Shown here piece by piece: positions 1 through 9,442 of a DNA stretch of 64,000 bases. Each line of letters begins with the position of its first letter. The stretch's first letter is position 1. The translations under genes were made by a program, and so were the position numbers. Under the pieces are notes generated by a model. The model was not told the origin of the DNA and ran no database searches. It worked only from the letters and a program-made list of their open reading frames with translations. Where the stretch lies: positions 6,656,001 through 6,720,000 of the forward strand of contig OZ244999.1 of NCBI GenBank assembly GCA_965223265.1, written 5' to 3'. This DNA is from Planctomycetota bacterium (GTDB lineage: Bacteria > Planctomycetota > UBA8108 > SXIK01).

Positions 1-453
1 GCTGCTGTGGCGGACTGGCACATGATCTCAGGGTACACGGTGCCGTGGGTTGCATCGGAGAGTTCCTACGCTCGGAGCCTCGCCATGAAATGGATTCGGT
101 CACGCAAAGAGACCCTCAAAGTGAGTGGCTGGAGCACATACGCAGGCATCGTAACCACTCAGGAGGACGACGAACTGGATCTCGACGAAATCAGGTCGCT
201 GCTGCAGCGAGTTGAGACGGACATCTCGAAGGTTCCCAACCGAGTCCGCTACTGCATGAACGCGTTCGTTATTGCTGTAGGAAGTTACGTCAAGCCGCTC
301 TCCAAGACGGCAAAGGCGACCGCCAAAAGGCTCGGCAAAGTCAAGAGCGACAAGGCAGAGACTGCGTGCGAGATACCTGTCGCGCTCGACTACATCGAGA
401 AGATCGAGAAGAGAGGCAGCGCGTTCAAGAAACGCCGGACGATTCGCTGCTGA
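1..453 (+). CDS. DNA alkylation repair protein (AlkD-like family), 5'-truncated by window edge
   Basis: Frame open from base 1; motifs A..WI.S..E.....GWSTY, NRVRY.MN.FVIAVG.Y, G.V..D...TAC.IP.A..YI.K and basic C-terminus KKRRTIRC resemble this family. Confidence 0.7.
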   Translation, partial: AAVADWHMISGYTVPWVASESSYARSLAMKWIRSRKETLKVSGWSTYAGIVTTQEDDELDLDEIRSLLQRVETDISKVPNRVRYCMNAFVIAVGSYVKPLSKTAKATAKRLGKVKSDKAETACEIPVALDYIEKIEKRGSAFKKRRTIRC

Positions 454-457
454 CGCT

Positions 458-645
458 TACCAGCCTGCCTCAAAAAGTGCTTCGAGCCGAAAACTGGTCT
501 CTTCGCGTCCAGATCGGCTGCGGCAAACGCAGACAATCTTCGGGCCCCCTTCTCTTTCGATTCTGATGGCGAGTATTGACGCGGCCCGTCTGGGCGTGAA
601 GAGGCCAGTTTCTTCGGCCGAATGACTTTTTCAGGCGGGCTGGTA
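458..645 (+). repeat. ~185-bp palindromic dispersed repeat (MITE/REPIN-like), copy 1 of 3
   Basis: TAC-CAGCCTGCCTCAAAAAGT ... ACTTTTTCAGGCGGGCTG-GTA; near-identical to 28076-28261 and 36268-36452. Confidence 0.9.
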
Positions 646-694
646 CGCAAACCTGAGATCGAGAGGATGCGCCTACGCCGAACGAGCGCCAGTT

Positions 695-2023
695 TCACTC
701 CGGACGACCTCCCCAGTCCGGCGGCGGAACCGTCTGGAGTTTGCGTCGCTGCGGGAGCGGTTGAAGCGCTCCCGATCCGTAGGGCGGCTGGACGCGCGAC
801 GCGCAGGCAGCAACTTGCCGCAGTCGGTCGACATCACCAAGCCTCTCCGGCGCCAAGGGCGCGCGAACGATGCTCTCGGCGAGCTCCAAACATTCGTCGT
901 CACCGCTCCCCCCCCACTCGAGGAGACTCTGCCCACCGGTTGCGGCGGCGAGGCGCGACCAGCGCGGATCGCTGCGCTCGCAGATCTGCGTGACAACGTC
1001 CGGCACAAGCTGCGGTGTGCATGTCAAGGCGATCTCGTGCAGCCAAAGCATCTGGCCGGGATGCGGCGTCTCAAGCTGATGGAGTACCTCCGAGGACAGA
1101 TCGTCAACCGAGTGTGCCACGAGGAGGCCGGAAACGTCGACCGCGTCCGATCGCCATTCTACGAGTGGCAAGTCAAGCATGCTAGCGGTCGCCCGAGCTA
1201 AGACCTGGCTCGAACGGCCGCCTAACGCGACGATCCGATCGGGGCTCCACTCCCACGCAGAGAGCACCTCGCGCACCCCAACGATGCCAAACTTATACGT
1301 CGCAGCGCTTTCAGCCGCAGTCGCCCGTCTCGCGTTCGCTGCGGTGTCACTTGCCGACTTCTGGAGGAGGATCGAACCGGTGTAACGAAAATGCCAGGCG
1401 CGGGCTTCGCTGAGATCCAACGCGCCACTTTGCAGAGCCGACGAACGAGCCAGCACTCCCCGAAGAAAGTCCACTTCGTCGTGCGGTCGTCCGGTTGACT
1501 CCACGACGGCCAATGCCTGCCGCAAGACGCCGAAATCTCCCGCATGCGCAGCGCTCCGGGCGAGCTGGAGTGCGAGGGAATCGGGTGGCGGGCCCGAGCT
1601 TCGCGCCTTGCTCCAGGCCGCGATGGCGTCACTGTGACGCCCGACCTCCGCGAGGGCGTGGATCAGGTTCTCGAGGACGTCACTCCGCTGCGGGGCGAGC
1701 TGCAGCGCGTGCGTCAGAAGAGTTGCCGCCGGAGCCGTGAGTGTCTGCTCAGTGAGGCGCTGAGCAACGTCCAGAAGCAAGTCCACATCGCCTGCCGTTG
1801 TCGCGACGCGGCGCACGCGTGCTGCGAATTCCTGGCCAGCAATGCCACCGAGCACATGAGCAAACGAATCCCAGATCACACGCCATTCAGACGGTTGCTC
1901 AATCTCGACGCAGGCCTCAAAGAGGTCCCCCATGAGCTGCAATGCTCCGAGAGCGTCTCCCTGGTAATGCGCGGCCAGCGCCGTCCTGCATTGCGAGTAG
2001 ACGTCGACATTGCCCGGGGTCAT
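695..2023 (-). CDS. Hypothetical protein with N-terminal TPR-like helical repeats
   Basis: 442-aa ORF overlapping the stop of the upstream gene (ATGA); TPR-like segment ALQLAPQRSDVLENLIHALAEVGRHSDAIAAW. Confidence 0.6.
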   Translation of the reverse strand: MTPGNVDVYSQCRTALAAHYQGDALGALQLMGDLFEACVEIEQPSEWRVIWDSFAHVLGGIAGQEFAARVRRVATTAGDVDLLLDVAQRLTEQTLTAPAATLLTHALQLAPQRSDVLENLIHALAEVGRHSDAIAAWSKARSSGPPPDSLALQLARSAAHAGDFGVLRQALAVVESTGRPHDEVDFLRGVLARSSALQSGALDLSEARAWHFRYTGSILLQKSASDTAANARRATAAESAATYKFGIVGVREVLSAWEWSPDRIVALGGRSSQVLARATASMLDLPLVEWRSDAVDVSGLLVAHSVDDLSSEVLHQLETPHPGQMLWLHEIALTCTPQLVPDVVTQICERSDPRWSRLAAATGGQSLLEWGGSGDDECLELAESIVRAPLAPERLGDVDRLRQVAACASRVQPPYGSGALQPLPQRRKLQTVPPPDWGGRPE

Positions 2024-3420
2024 AGAGACTCTGCGGCCGCTGCGGGTAGCTGCCTGTTGATCTCGCTGCGCCGATACCCGAAGCCAGGACCAGCTATGGA
2101 AGAAAGGTCAAGTCGACCGCCGCGGCGCTGGTAGAGCCCAGGGTGGATCGCAGCCTCGATCGTGGAAGCGTCTGGATAAAACTGCATGCAGTTCGTCTCG
2201 ACACCCATGATCGTTCCTGCATACGCTGCTAGCAGCACATGCGTCACTTGTGCCAGCATGGGATTGGTTAGATCCTGCACCATGAGCGTCATGCCGTGTG
2301 CTTTCGCCCAAGAAAGCGCCAGGAGCGCACCCGTCTGTGTCTTGCACGTCTTGAGCGCAACCCCGGTCCAGCCCAGCTGTCGCCCGAGGCGCACAAGCTT
2401 CCAGTCGTGCGCGCTCTCGTCCATGAAGAGTGGTTTGCGCGCAGAGCAGCTGTGGACATCGATACGGTTGGCTTCAAGCTCGTAGGGAAACGGCTGCTCC
2501 ACGTACAGAATCATCGCGTAGAGGCGTGGCTCTTCCACCAAAAGTCGATCGAGGATTTGGTTGACGTAGCTAGGATCGGTCACCGTGCAGTTGAAGTCAG
2601 TCGAGAGCCAATCGACGGAGTGCTCGATGGCGATGCGGCCAACTCGCAGCAAGCGGTCGTAGTCCCAGCCAGCATCGGTTCCTGTCAGTTTCACCTTCAG
2701 ACATTTGAGACCGTCCCGCTTGATCCAGTCGGAAAGCACGACCGGATAGTCGTCCTTCGGCTCGGCGCCCGTTCGTTCGTCGTCGCTGAGCAAATCCTTC
2801 CCGCCGACAAGATGCCATGCGGGAAGCTGGCGAGGCGGATGCGGCACCAAAAAGTCCTGTGGATACCGGCCACGAAATGTGACCCCGCTGCGGTCTGCAG
2901 GAGTGAGAAAGTCGCTTAGGTCACAGCTCATGAACTGCCCGTTGTATGTTTCGTACACAGGAGTGTCGTTGAGTTCGCCGAAGGCATCGTGCAGCGCGAG
3001 ATCGAACGCTGAGCAACAGACGAGCGCAGCGAGCCACGGCATCGGACCGTCATCGAGCGTAGCGTTGAAGCGTTCAAGCCGGCTGGGCAGCTCCGTGGCC
3101 ACGAACGATGCGCCAACTTCCAAGGGATGCCCGCGCTCGGAAAACGCCGGCCAGGCGTCGACCAGTTCGCAACAGAACGCCTTGAGCGCCGCGTGACGCG
3201 GCTCGTAGGGTGCGGAACTCGGCCAAACCCACTGCACGCTCAAGGGCGTTTCGCCCCAACCGGCAGCACTCTTCCCGGCAGCATTCTCGACCACCAGCCG
3301 CACGCGAGCGCAGGTGACGAACGTCAAGGTCTCAGGGCCAAACTTGAGCGGTGTGCGCGTCTCGATCGGAAAGAAGTAGAGCGACGCAGCCTTGACGCGC
3401 ACGTCGGTCGATTTCGACAT
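2020..3420 (-). CDS. Enolase-superfamily (mandelate racemase/muconate lactonizing enzyme-like) protein
   Basis: GWGE and SAFDLALHDA capping-domain motifs; K-x-K (LKVKL), metal ligands D(FN), E(QP), D(ES), then ALKTCK. Confidence 0.85.
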   Translation of the reverse strand: MSKSTDVRVKAASLYFFPIETRTPLKFGPETLTFVTCARVRLVVENAAGKSAAGWGETPLSVQWVWPSSAPYEPRHAALKAFCCELVDAWPAFSERGHPLEVGASFVATELPSRLERFNATLDDGPMPWLAALVCCSAFDLALHDAFGELNDTPVYETYNGQFMSCDLSDFLTPADRSGVTFRGRYPQDFLVPHPPRQLPAWHLVGGKDLLSDDERTGAEPKDDYPVVLSDWIKRDGLKCLKVKLTGTDAGWDYDRLLRVGRIAIEHSVDWLSTDFNCTVTDPSYVNQILDRLLVEEPRLYAMILYVEQPFPYELEANRIDVHSCSARKPLFMDESAHDWKLVRLGRQLGWTGVALKTCKTQTGALLALSWAKAHGMTLMVQDLTNPMLAQVTHVLLAAYAGTIMGVETNCMQFYPDASTIEAAIHPGLYQRRGGRLDLSSIAGPGFGYRRSEINRQLPAAAAESL

Positions 3421-3465
3421 GAGTGAATCCTCGAACTATCGCGCTTCTCGTCGGTCGCGTCGCCG

Positions 3466-3963
3466 CTATTCGCCTGGGCTGCGCGTGTGGAGCTTCGCGG
3501 TGCCGACTTGCGCTCCCTTTTTCTGTCGGAGACGGCCCTGCCGTGTTCGAATCTTTCTCTGCAGTGCGCGCAGCCAACTCTGCTGGTTGGCCTCCAGAGC
3601 GTGGCTGACGAGGACTTCCAGTCGAGAGAGTACCTCAATGTCGAGCACGTGCTCGAGTCGGCACACTTCTACCTTGGCGGCTTCCTTCTCCATCGCGAGT
3701 ACGTCGACCAGTAGCCCCATCAAACAATCATCGCGCCGCACAACGGCTTCGGCAGCGCGTGCACCTGCAGGCGTGATCTCCACCTTGCCGTAAGCTTGGT
3801 GGCGCACGAATCCACGCTCAGCGAGCTTACCTACCGCGCGCGTGACGCTCGGCAACTTGACGCCACACGCAGCCGCAATCTCACGCACGCGCACCGGCCC
3901 ATCCTCAGAGAGCCGTAGAATGTGTTCGAGATAGTTTTCCTGACTCGGGGTGAGCTCGGCCAT
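3466..3963 (-). CDS. DtxR/MntR-family metal-dependent transcriptional regulator
   Basis: LTPSQENYLEHI, HTH REIAAACGVKLPSVTRAVGKL, YGKVEITPAG, VCRLEH; ATG at 3963 preferred over GTG at 4020. Confidence 0.9.
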   Translation of the reverse strand: MAELTPSQENYLEHILRLSEDGPVRVREIAAACGVKLPSVTRAVGKLAERGFVRHQAYGKVEITPAGARAAEAVVRRDDCLMGLLVDVLAMEKEAAKVEVCRLEHVLDIEVLSRLEVLVSHALEANQQSWLRALQRKIRTRQGRLRQKKGAQVGTAKLHTRSPGE

Positions 3964-4196
3964 GAGGGCTAGCGTCTGTTGAAGGGAGTCGTTCAGGCCG
4001 AAGAATGCCGGCCATTTCACGCCGGTCCCGGAGATGTCGAGGCCAGAACGACTCGGGCACGACCCACCGCGACCGCGGCAGAGGCAGACGTGAAGCTCGA
4101 CTCCTACCGCTCACCGCAGGGCCAAACAGTCGTTCTTCGCGCGCCCAGGTTGATCCAAATGCAGCAAGAAATCGAAAGGGACCGTAAGTCTTGGGG

Positions 4197-4224
4197 TTGA
4201 CTTGTAACTGATTCCGGTTAGATT
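4197..4224 (+). promoter_or_regulatory. Candidate sigma70 promoter
   Basis: TTGACT-N16-TAGATT in an AT-richer intergenic stretch. Confidence 0.5.
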
Positions 4225-4239
4225 GAAAAGGATCAATTG

Positions 4240-4253
4240 TTAGCCATCGCTAA
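4240..4253. promoter_or_regulatory. DtxR/MntR-type operator 1
   Basis: Palindrome TTAGCCATCGCTAA (TTAG-N6-CTAA), same shape as the SirR/MntR box TTAGGTTAACCTAA. Confidence 0.55.
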
Positions 4254-4263
4254 GATTTTCACC

Positions 4264-4303
4264 AAAGACAGCGGTTGACGGTCTCAAGCCGTCGTCTTTT
4301 TTT
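4264..4303 (+). terminator. Rho-independent terminator
   Basis: AAAGAC-AGCGGTTGA-cggtc-TCAAGCCG-TC-GTCTTTTTTT imperfect hairpin with T7 tract. Confidence 0.6.
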
Positions 4304-4313
4304 CGGCCACTAC

Positions 4314-4327
4314 TTAGCTCAGGCTAA
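4314..4327. promoter_or_regulatory. DtxR/MntR-type operator 2
   Basis: TTAGCTCAGGCTAA with AT-rich right flank. Confidence 0.75.
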
Positions 4328-4411
4328 CTTTTTTCCGACCGGAGGGTGCTATTCGTTCGGCTCGCGCCGACGCAATTCACTCGAGTTCGGTAGTTCCTTC
4401 TTCCTCGAAAG

Positions 4412-4425
4412 TTAGCTGAGGCTAA
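4412..4425. promoter_or_regulatory. DtxR/MntR-type operator 3
   Basis: TTAGCTGAGGCTAA, 13/14 identical to operator 2, 16 bp upstream of the porin ATG. Confidence 0.75.
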
Positions 4426-4441
4426 TAAATTGTTGGCAACC

Positions 4442-5749
4442 ATGCGCGCCACGACAGCCCTACTCTTTGTGATCGTCTTCACCCACACACTCCGCGGCGG
4501 CGACACCCGTCAGTCCGAACAAGATCTAACTCATGCTTCAGGCCTAGCCGAAGATCCAGGTGAAGACACCACCTCCGGTTCGATTTCAGACGGAGCCTCT
4601 TCGCTCTCGCCTGGTTCCATCCGCGGCCTCTACGACAAGCCCTTCCTGAGCGATCTCTGGCGCCGCTCTTCGTTCGGTGGTTACACCGAGCTCGAATACC
4701 ACTCATTCGAAGATGGGATTCTTGGGATTCCGGAAGGGTTTCGCATGCACCGCACGAATCTCTTCTTCTTCACGGACATATCAGATCGCGTCCGTTTCGG
4801 ATCTGAGATCGAGTTCGAGAGTGAGTTTGAGATCGATGGTCCATCGCGCGAAATCGAAACCAATGTCGAGCTCGCTATGGTCGACTGGACCGTCTACGAA
4901 GAGTTCGTCATTCGTGGTGGCGCCCTTCTCGTTCCACTCGGACGCGTCAATGTCAATCACGACGGCCCCGTGCGCTTTCTCACAGAACGCCCTCTGGTGT
5001 CTACATTCGTGATTCCGACGACACTCACCGAGCCCGGAATCGGAGCCCATGGCACCCTTGCCGTCACCGATAATCTCGACGTTGGATACGAAGCCTACGC
5101 AGTCAATGGCTTCAATCTTCTCAAGTCGAGCGGTGAGCTAGCCACTGATGTCACAGAGCGCGAGCAGCTGCTACGTGAGGGACGCACGTCAATCGGCGGC
5201 GACGTCAACGGCGGTATTGCCGGCACCGGTCGAGTCGCGTTGAGCGGGGCTGACCTCTTCGAAATCGGCGGCTCATGGCACGTCGGCTCGTACGACGAAC
5301 GCTCTGACAACCTCTTGGCGATTGTCGCAGCGGACTGTGCCTTGGCCTATGAAATCGATGGCTGGGAATTCGGCTTCGAAGGAGAAGTCGCCTACGACGA
5401 TTTCGAACGCAACGCTTTCGCCAAGGCGGCTGGAGTTCCGGATCGCTTCTGGGGTTACTACGCGCAGCTGTCGGTCGGTTTCATGCCCGAACCGCTGGCA
5501 GAAAGTCTACCAATGCTCTTCGGTGCCCCAGGCTCCAAGTTCGTCCTCGGTCTCCGTTATGACTGGATCGACCTCGATGGCGACCGCGGCGAGTCGATCG
5601 AACCAGGGCTCAACTTCTTGCCGTCGCCCGACACAGTCCTCAAGTTCTCTTATCGGTTCACCCAGAATAGTTTTGGGCTCCGCGACGTCCCTGGACGTGA
5701 GGAGTTCGATGACGAGGGGTTCGTGTTTTCTCTGACCACATACTTTTGA
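4442..5749 (+). CDS. Outer-membrane beta-barrel porin, likely metal-uptake associated
   Basis: Signal peptide; GGY.ELEY, RF.SEIEFE, RGG..LVPLG..N..H, ERP.V...VIPTT..E.G motifs; C-terminal aromatic strand FVFSLTTYF. Confidence 0.8.
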   Translation: MRATTALLFVIVFTHTLRGGDTRQSEQDLTHASGLAEDPGEDTTSGSISDGASSLSPGSIRGLYDKPFLSDLWRRSSFGGYTELEYHSFEDGILGIPEGFRMHRTNLFFFTDISDRVRFGSEIEFESEFEIDGPSREIETNVELAMVDWTVYEEFVIRGGALLVPLGRVNVNHDGPVRFLTERPLVSTFVIPTTLTEPGIGAHGTLAVTDNLDVGYEAYAVNGFNLLKSSGELATDVTEREQLLREGRTSIGGDVNGGIAGTGRVALSGADLFEIGGSWHVGSYDERSDNLLAIVAADCALAYEIDGWEFGFEGEVAYDDFERNAFAKAAGVPDRFWGYYAQLSVGFMPEPLAESLPMLFGAPGSKFVLGLRYDWIDLDGDRGESIEPGLNFLPSPDTVLKFSYRFTQNSFGLRDVPGREEFDDEGFVFSLTTYF

Positions 5750-5759
5750 TGATTTCCAG

Positions 5760-7397
5760 ATGAACAAATTGGCCCGGTCGCAACAGGTATCGTCGCTCAC
5801 GTCGTCTTCGTGGGCATGCTTCGTGATCGCCGTGCTCCTGACCGGGATCCTTCCGGCATGTAAGGAAGGCGGTCGCAGCGGCAATAGCGTGGGCACGTCA
5901 CTGGCGCCGCCCGCTGAACCAGATCCTCCAGGCGACGTGCCCGGATTTCCACTGATCGACCACGTCGACCAGGCGCTCATCACTTCGGGCACCATCGGAT
6001 TCGATGAACTCTTTCTGCTCGGCGACGAACTCTTTGAAGCGGAGTTCAACGCACTCGACGGCGTCGGCATCGCGCTCCTGCCCGATGGCACTCCGCTTCC
6101 AAGTCGCTTTTCGCGCGTACCGCCAGGCCACGGTCGGTTCACCGGGCCCAACGCGCAGTCGTGCGAAGCTTGCCACAACATCCCTTTCGGCACTGCAGCC
6201 GGGGCGACGGCATCGAACGTCGTTCAAGATCCGGCCGGCGCCGGGATTCCACCGTTCAACACAAGGAATCCGCCGAGCCTGTTCGGTTCTGCAGTTCTGC
6301 AGCGCCTGGCTGAAGAGATCACGGAGGACCTTCTCGCCATTCGCGCCGCGACGGTAGCGGCAGCAACTCCCGGTGGCTCGACCGTGACCAGCCGTCTGCT
6401 GTCAAAGGGCGTCGACTACGGAACAATTTCAGCGCGGCGGGCAGCAGATGGCTCGTTGACCCTCGACGTCGCCAACGTTCGCGGCGTCGACGTCGACCTC
6501 GTCGTGCGCCCGTACGGCTGGAAGGGTAACACTACGACACTACGCGATTTCACCCGCGGTGCCGCGATCAACGAGCTCGGACTGGAGCCGGACGAGTTGA
6601 CTTCCAAGTCGTCGGGGCTCGATCCCGATGGCGACGGTGTCGAAGGGGAACTCTCGGTGGGCGACGTAACCGCCTTGTCGATTTACATAGGCGCGCAAGA
6701 AATCCCGACGACCACCTCGGCTCTCGTCGGTCTCGGCTTTGAATCGCCCGTGAGCGCCAAGCAGGCAGCTGCCATCGAACGCGGCGAGCAGCTGTTTGCG
6801 AGCTTCGGATGTGCGTCGTGCCATATCCCCGAGCTGCGCCTCTTTGACACGCTCTTCGAGGAACCCACACGGCGCGGCGGTGGCAACTTCTTTGACCAAG
6901 AGATTGATGCTGACGCGACCCATCTGACGCCGGAGGCTCCGTTTCGATTCGACCTCGTCCGCCAGGGCGACTTTCCGCGCCTCGAGCCACACCCTGGCGG
7001 CGGTGCGCGCGCCCGACTGTTCGGGGATTTGAAACGTCACAACATGGGTGAGCAGCTCGCCGACGCCCAGCCGACCGCCGTTGTAGCGGCGGACGGTCGG
7101 CCGCTGAGGATCAACGGTAGCGCAGTGGTCGTCGCTGCGTCGACCTTTCTGACCGCCGAGCTGTGGGGCGTGGGTGACACAGGTCCCTGGCTCCACGACG
7201 GACGAGCCGCGACCCTCGATGAGGCTGTCATGCTGCACGGCGTTGACACGCCCCCCGCAGTCGGGGACCCACGTCGAAGCGAGGCGCAGGAGGCACGCAG
7301 CGCGTTCGCCGCCGCCAGTGAGGCCGATCGGGCCGCGCTCGTGTCGTTCCTGTTGAGTTTGCGTCACTTCTCTCTCGGCGGTGCAGACGAAGAGTGA
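5760..7397 (+). CDS. Di-heme oxidoreductase-family (DHOR/DUF1111-like) lipoprotein
   Basis: Lipobox ILPAC; two CxxCH motifs (CEACH, CASCH); RNPPSLFG, GWKG, DLKRHNMG, LWGVG.TGPWLHDGRA.TL.EAV..HG. Confidence 0.85.
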   Translation: MNKLARSQQVSSLTSSSWACFVIAVLLTGILPACKEGGRSGNSVGTSLAPPAEPDPPGDVPGFPLIDHVDQALITSGTIGFDELFLLGDELFEAEFNALDGVGIALLPDGTPLPSRFSRVPPGHGRFTGPNAQSCEACHNIPFGTAAGATASNVVQDPAGAGIPPFNTRNPPSLFGSAVLQRLAEEITEDLLAIRAATVAAATPGGSTVTSRLLSKGVDYGTISARRAADGSLTLDVANVRGVDVDLVVRPYGWKGNTTTLRDFTRGAAINELGLEPDELTSKSSGLDPDGDGVEGELSVGDVTALSIYIGAQEIPTTTSALVGLGFESPVSAKQAAAIERGEQLFASFGCASCHIPELRLFDTLFEEPTRRGGGNFFDQEIDADATHLTPEAPFRFDLVRQGDFPRLEPHPGGGARARLFGDLKRHNMGEQLADAQPTAVVAADGRPLRINGSAVVVAASTFLTAELWGVGDTGPWLHDGRAATLDEAVMLHGVDTPPAVGDPRRSEAQEARSAFAAASEADRAALVSFLLSLRHFSLGGADEE

Positions 7398-7638
7398 CAG
7401 TTCCCCAGCGCGACGAGCGCGAAGAAGATCATCGGAGTAGCCAGGAGTTCCTGTTTCAGCCCTAGCGCTACGAGCTGATGAACCCCGCAGGACTGAGACC
7501 GCGCCGCTCGTCGTAGAAAACAAGCGCGAGATGCTATACGGTGATGCCCGCGGCGCAAGAAGTGAACACACGGACGCGCGCGAGCACACCCACTCGTTCG
7601 CCGGCTCAGAATCGCCGCAACGCGACAGGATCTTGCTC

Positions 7639-9282
7639 ATGCACCACGACGACCCTGTTTTTCATAGCCGACTTTCTCCTCTCCTCTTCTTAGAGCGAAA
7701 CCGCGACGTCTATGCAGACAAAGCTGCCGTCGTCCACGGCGACACGATCTACACATTCCACGAGTTCGGCCAGCGTGTCGACCGTCTCGCGGCCGCGCTG
7801 CGCCGCGCCGGCCTGCAGAACGGAGAACGAGTTGCGTTCTTGGCTCCCAACATACCGTCGATGCTGGAGGCACACTTCGCAGTTCCGGCCGCCGGCGGTG
7901 TCCTAGTTGCCATCAACACGCGGCTTGCGCCGCAGGAGATTGGCTACATCCTGAACCACTCCGGAGCACGGTTTCTGTTCGTCGACCGCGAATTGACGAA
8001 CCTCGTGCGTCCCGTGCGACACGATCTGCCCGAGCTCGCTCAAGTGGTCGAAATCATCGATGGAGGCGACGACGTAGCCCAGACGGAATTCGGCGATGTT
8101 GACTACGACTCTTTCATCGCGCGCGAGACGCGTCAGCCCACCGACGGTGGCGTCGCCCCACGGCTGCCGTTACCTGCTGACGAAGAAGACGTTATCACGA
8201 TCAACTACACGAGCGGCACGACCGGCAGACCGAAAGGGGTCATGTACACGCATCGCGGTGCGTACCTCAACAGCCTCGGCGAGATTTACGAAACACAGTT
8301 AGAGGCAAGCTCCGTCTACCTTTGGACGCTGCCGATGTTTCATTGTAACGGCTGGTGTTTTACGTGGGGAACCATCGCTAGCGGCGCGACGAGCATCTGT
8401 TTACGAAAGTTCGATCCGGAGACCGTCTGGCAGCTGATCGAGAAGCATGGCGTCACGCACTTCAATGGAGCACCCGTGGTCATGTCATCTCTGCTGAACG
8501 ACCCTGGTCGCCCTCAGACGTTGTCACGACCGCTGACCGTGACGGTCGCTGGGGCCCCGCCGTCTCCGACCTTGATCGAGAACATGCGTTCTTTGAACGC
8601 ACGCGTGGTTCATGTCTACGGCCTCACCGAGACCTACGGACCACACACCGTCTGTGCGCCGCAGGATCATTGGGACGATCTCAATCCTCCGGAGCAAGCG
8701 CGGCTTCGAGCTCGCCAGGGAGTTTCCTACGTCGCGACAGAGCCAGTGCGTGTCGTTGACGAAGAGCTCCGCGACGTGCCGCCGGACGGCGAAACGATGG
8801 GTGAAGTCATCATGCGCGGCAACAACGTGATGAAGGGATATCATGACGATCCTGAAGCTACCGCCGCCGCCTTTCGCGGTGGCTGGTTTCACAGCGGCGA
8901 CTTAGCCGTGATGCACAAAGACGGCTACATCGAGCTCCGTGATCGCAGCAAGGACATCATCATCACTGGCGGCGAGAACGTCTCGTCCATCGAAGTCGAG
9001 CAGACACTCTATCGGCACCCGGACGTGCTCGAAGTCGCGGTCATTGGAATACCACACACGAAGTGGGGAGAAACCCCGAAAGCGTTCGTGACGCTCAAGT
9101 CAGGGGCGGGTGACCTCACCGAGAACGCGCTCATAGACTTCTGTCGATCGCAACTAGCGCACTATAAATGCCCCACTTGCATCGAGTTCGGGGATCTTCC
9201 CAAGACGAGCACGGGAAAGATCCAGAAATTCGTCCTCCGTGAGAGAGAGTGGGCCGGCCGCGAAAAGCGAATTCAGGGTTGA
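7639..9282 (+). CDS. Acyl-CoA synthetase (AMP-binding enzyme)
   Basis: YTSGTTGRPKG, YGLTET, GWFHSGD, DRSKDIII.GGEN, LPKTSTGKIQK. Confidence 0.95.
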   Translation: MHHDDPVFHSRLSPLLFLERNRDVYADKAAVVHGDTIYTFHEFGQRVDRLAAALRRAGLQNGERVAFLAPNIPSMLEAHFAVPAAGGVLVAINTRLAPQEIGYILNHSGARFLFVDRELTNLVRPVRHDLPELAQVVEIIDGGDDVAQTEFGDVDYDSFIARETRQPTDGGVAPRLPLPADEEDVITINYTSGTTGRPKGVMYTHRGAYLNSLGEIYETQLEASSVYLWTLPMFHCNGWCFTWGTIASGATSICLRKFDPETVWQLIEKHGVTHFNGAPVVMSSLLNDPGRPQTLSRPLTVTVAGAPPSPTLIENMRSLNARVVHVYGLTETYGPHTVCAPQDHWDDLNPPEQARLRARQGVSYVATEPVRVVDEELRDVPPDGETMGEVIMRGNNVMKGYHDDPEATAAAFRGGWFHSGDLAVMHKDGYIELRDRSKDIIITGGENVSSIEVEQTLYRHPDVLEVAVIGIPHTKWGETPKAFVTLKSGAGDLTENALIDFCRSQLAHYKCPTCIEFGDLPKTSTGKIQKFVLREREWAGREKRIQG

Positions 9283-9442
9283 CGTGGGTTCCCGGTTCAC
9301 ACTCGATACGCTAATCGCCTGGGTCGCTTGACCGGCCCGAGCCGAGAGCGCTATCATTTGCCGGCCAAAGCGGCGACACGCCGGGACGCGCATTCGCCGC
9401 GGCGAGATCGAGCTACTCAATTCGGCGCAGCAGACGACGCAC

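Larger units (their letters stand above)
4231..4303 (+). ncRNA. Candidate ~70-nt small RNA
   Basis: Lies between the candidate promoter and an intrinsic terminator; 5' hairpin TTAGC-CATC-GCTAA, single-stranded GATTTTCACC, terminator; no ORF. Confidence 0.3.

Noticed and set aside
3979-4200. 73-aa + strand ORF between dtxR and the operators
   Set aside because: No recognisable motif and it occupies the upstream region of the divergent regulator; cannot be supported
7475-7521. Hammerhead ribozyme suggested by CTGATGA followed by GAAA
   Set aside because: No stem II pairing between CTGATGA and GAAA, and no stem I/III geometry
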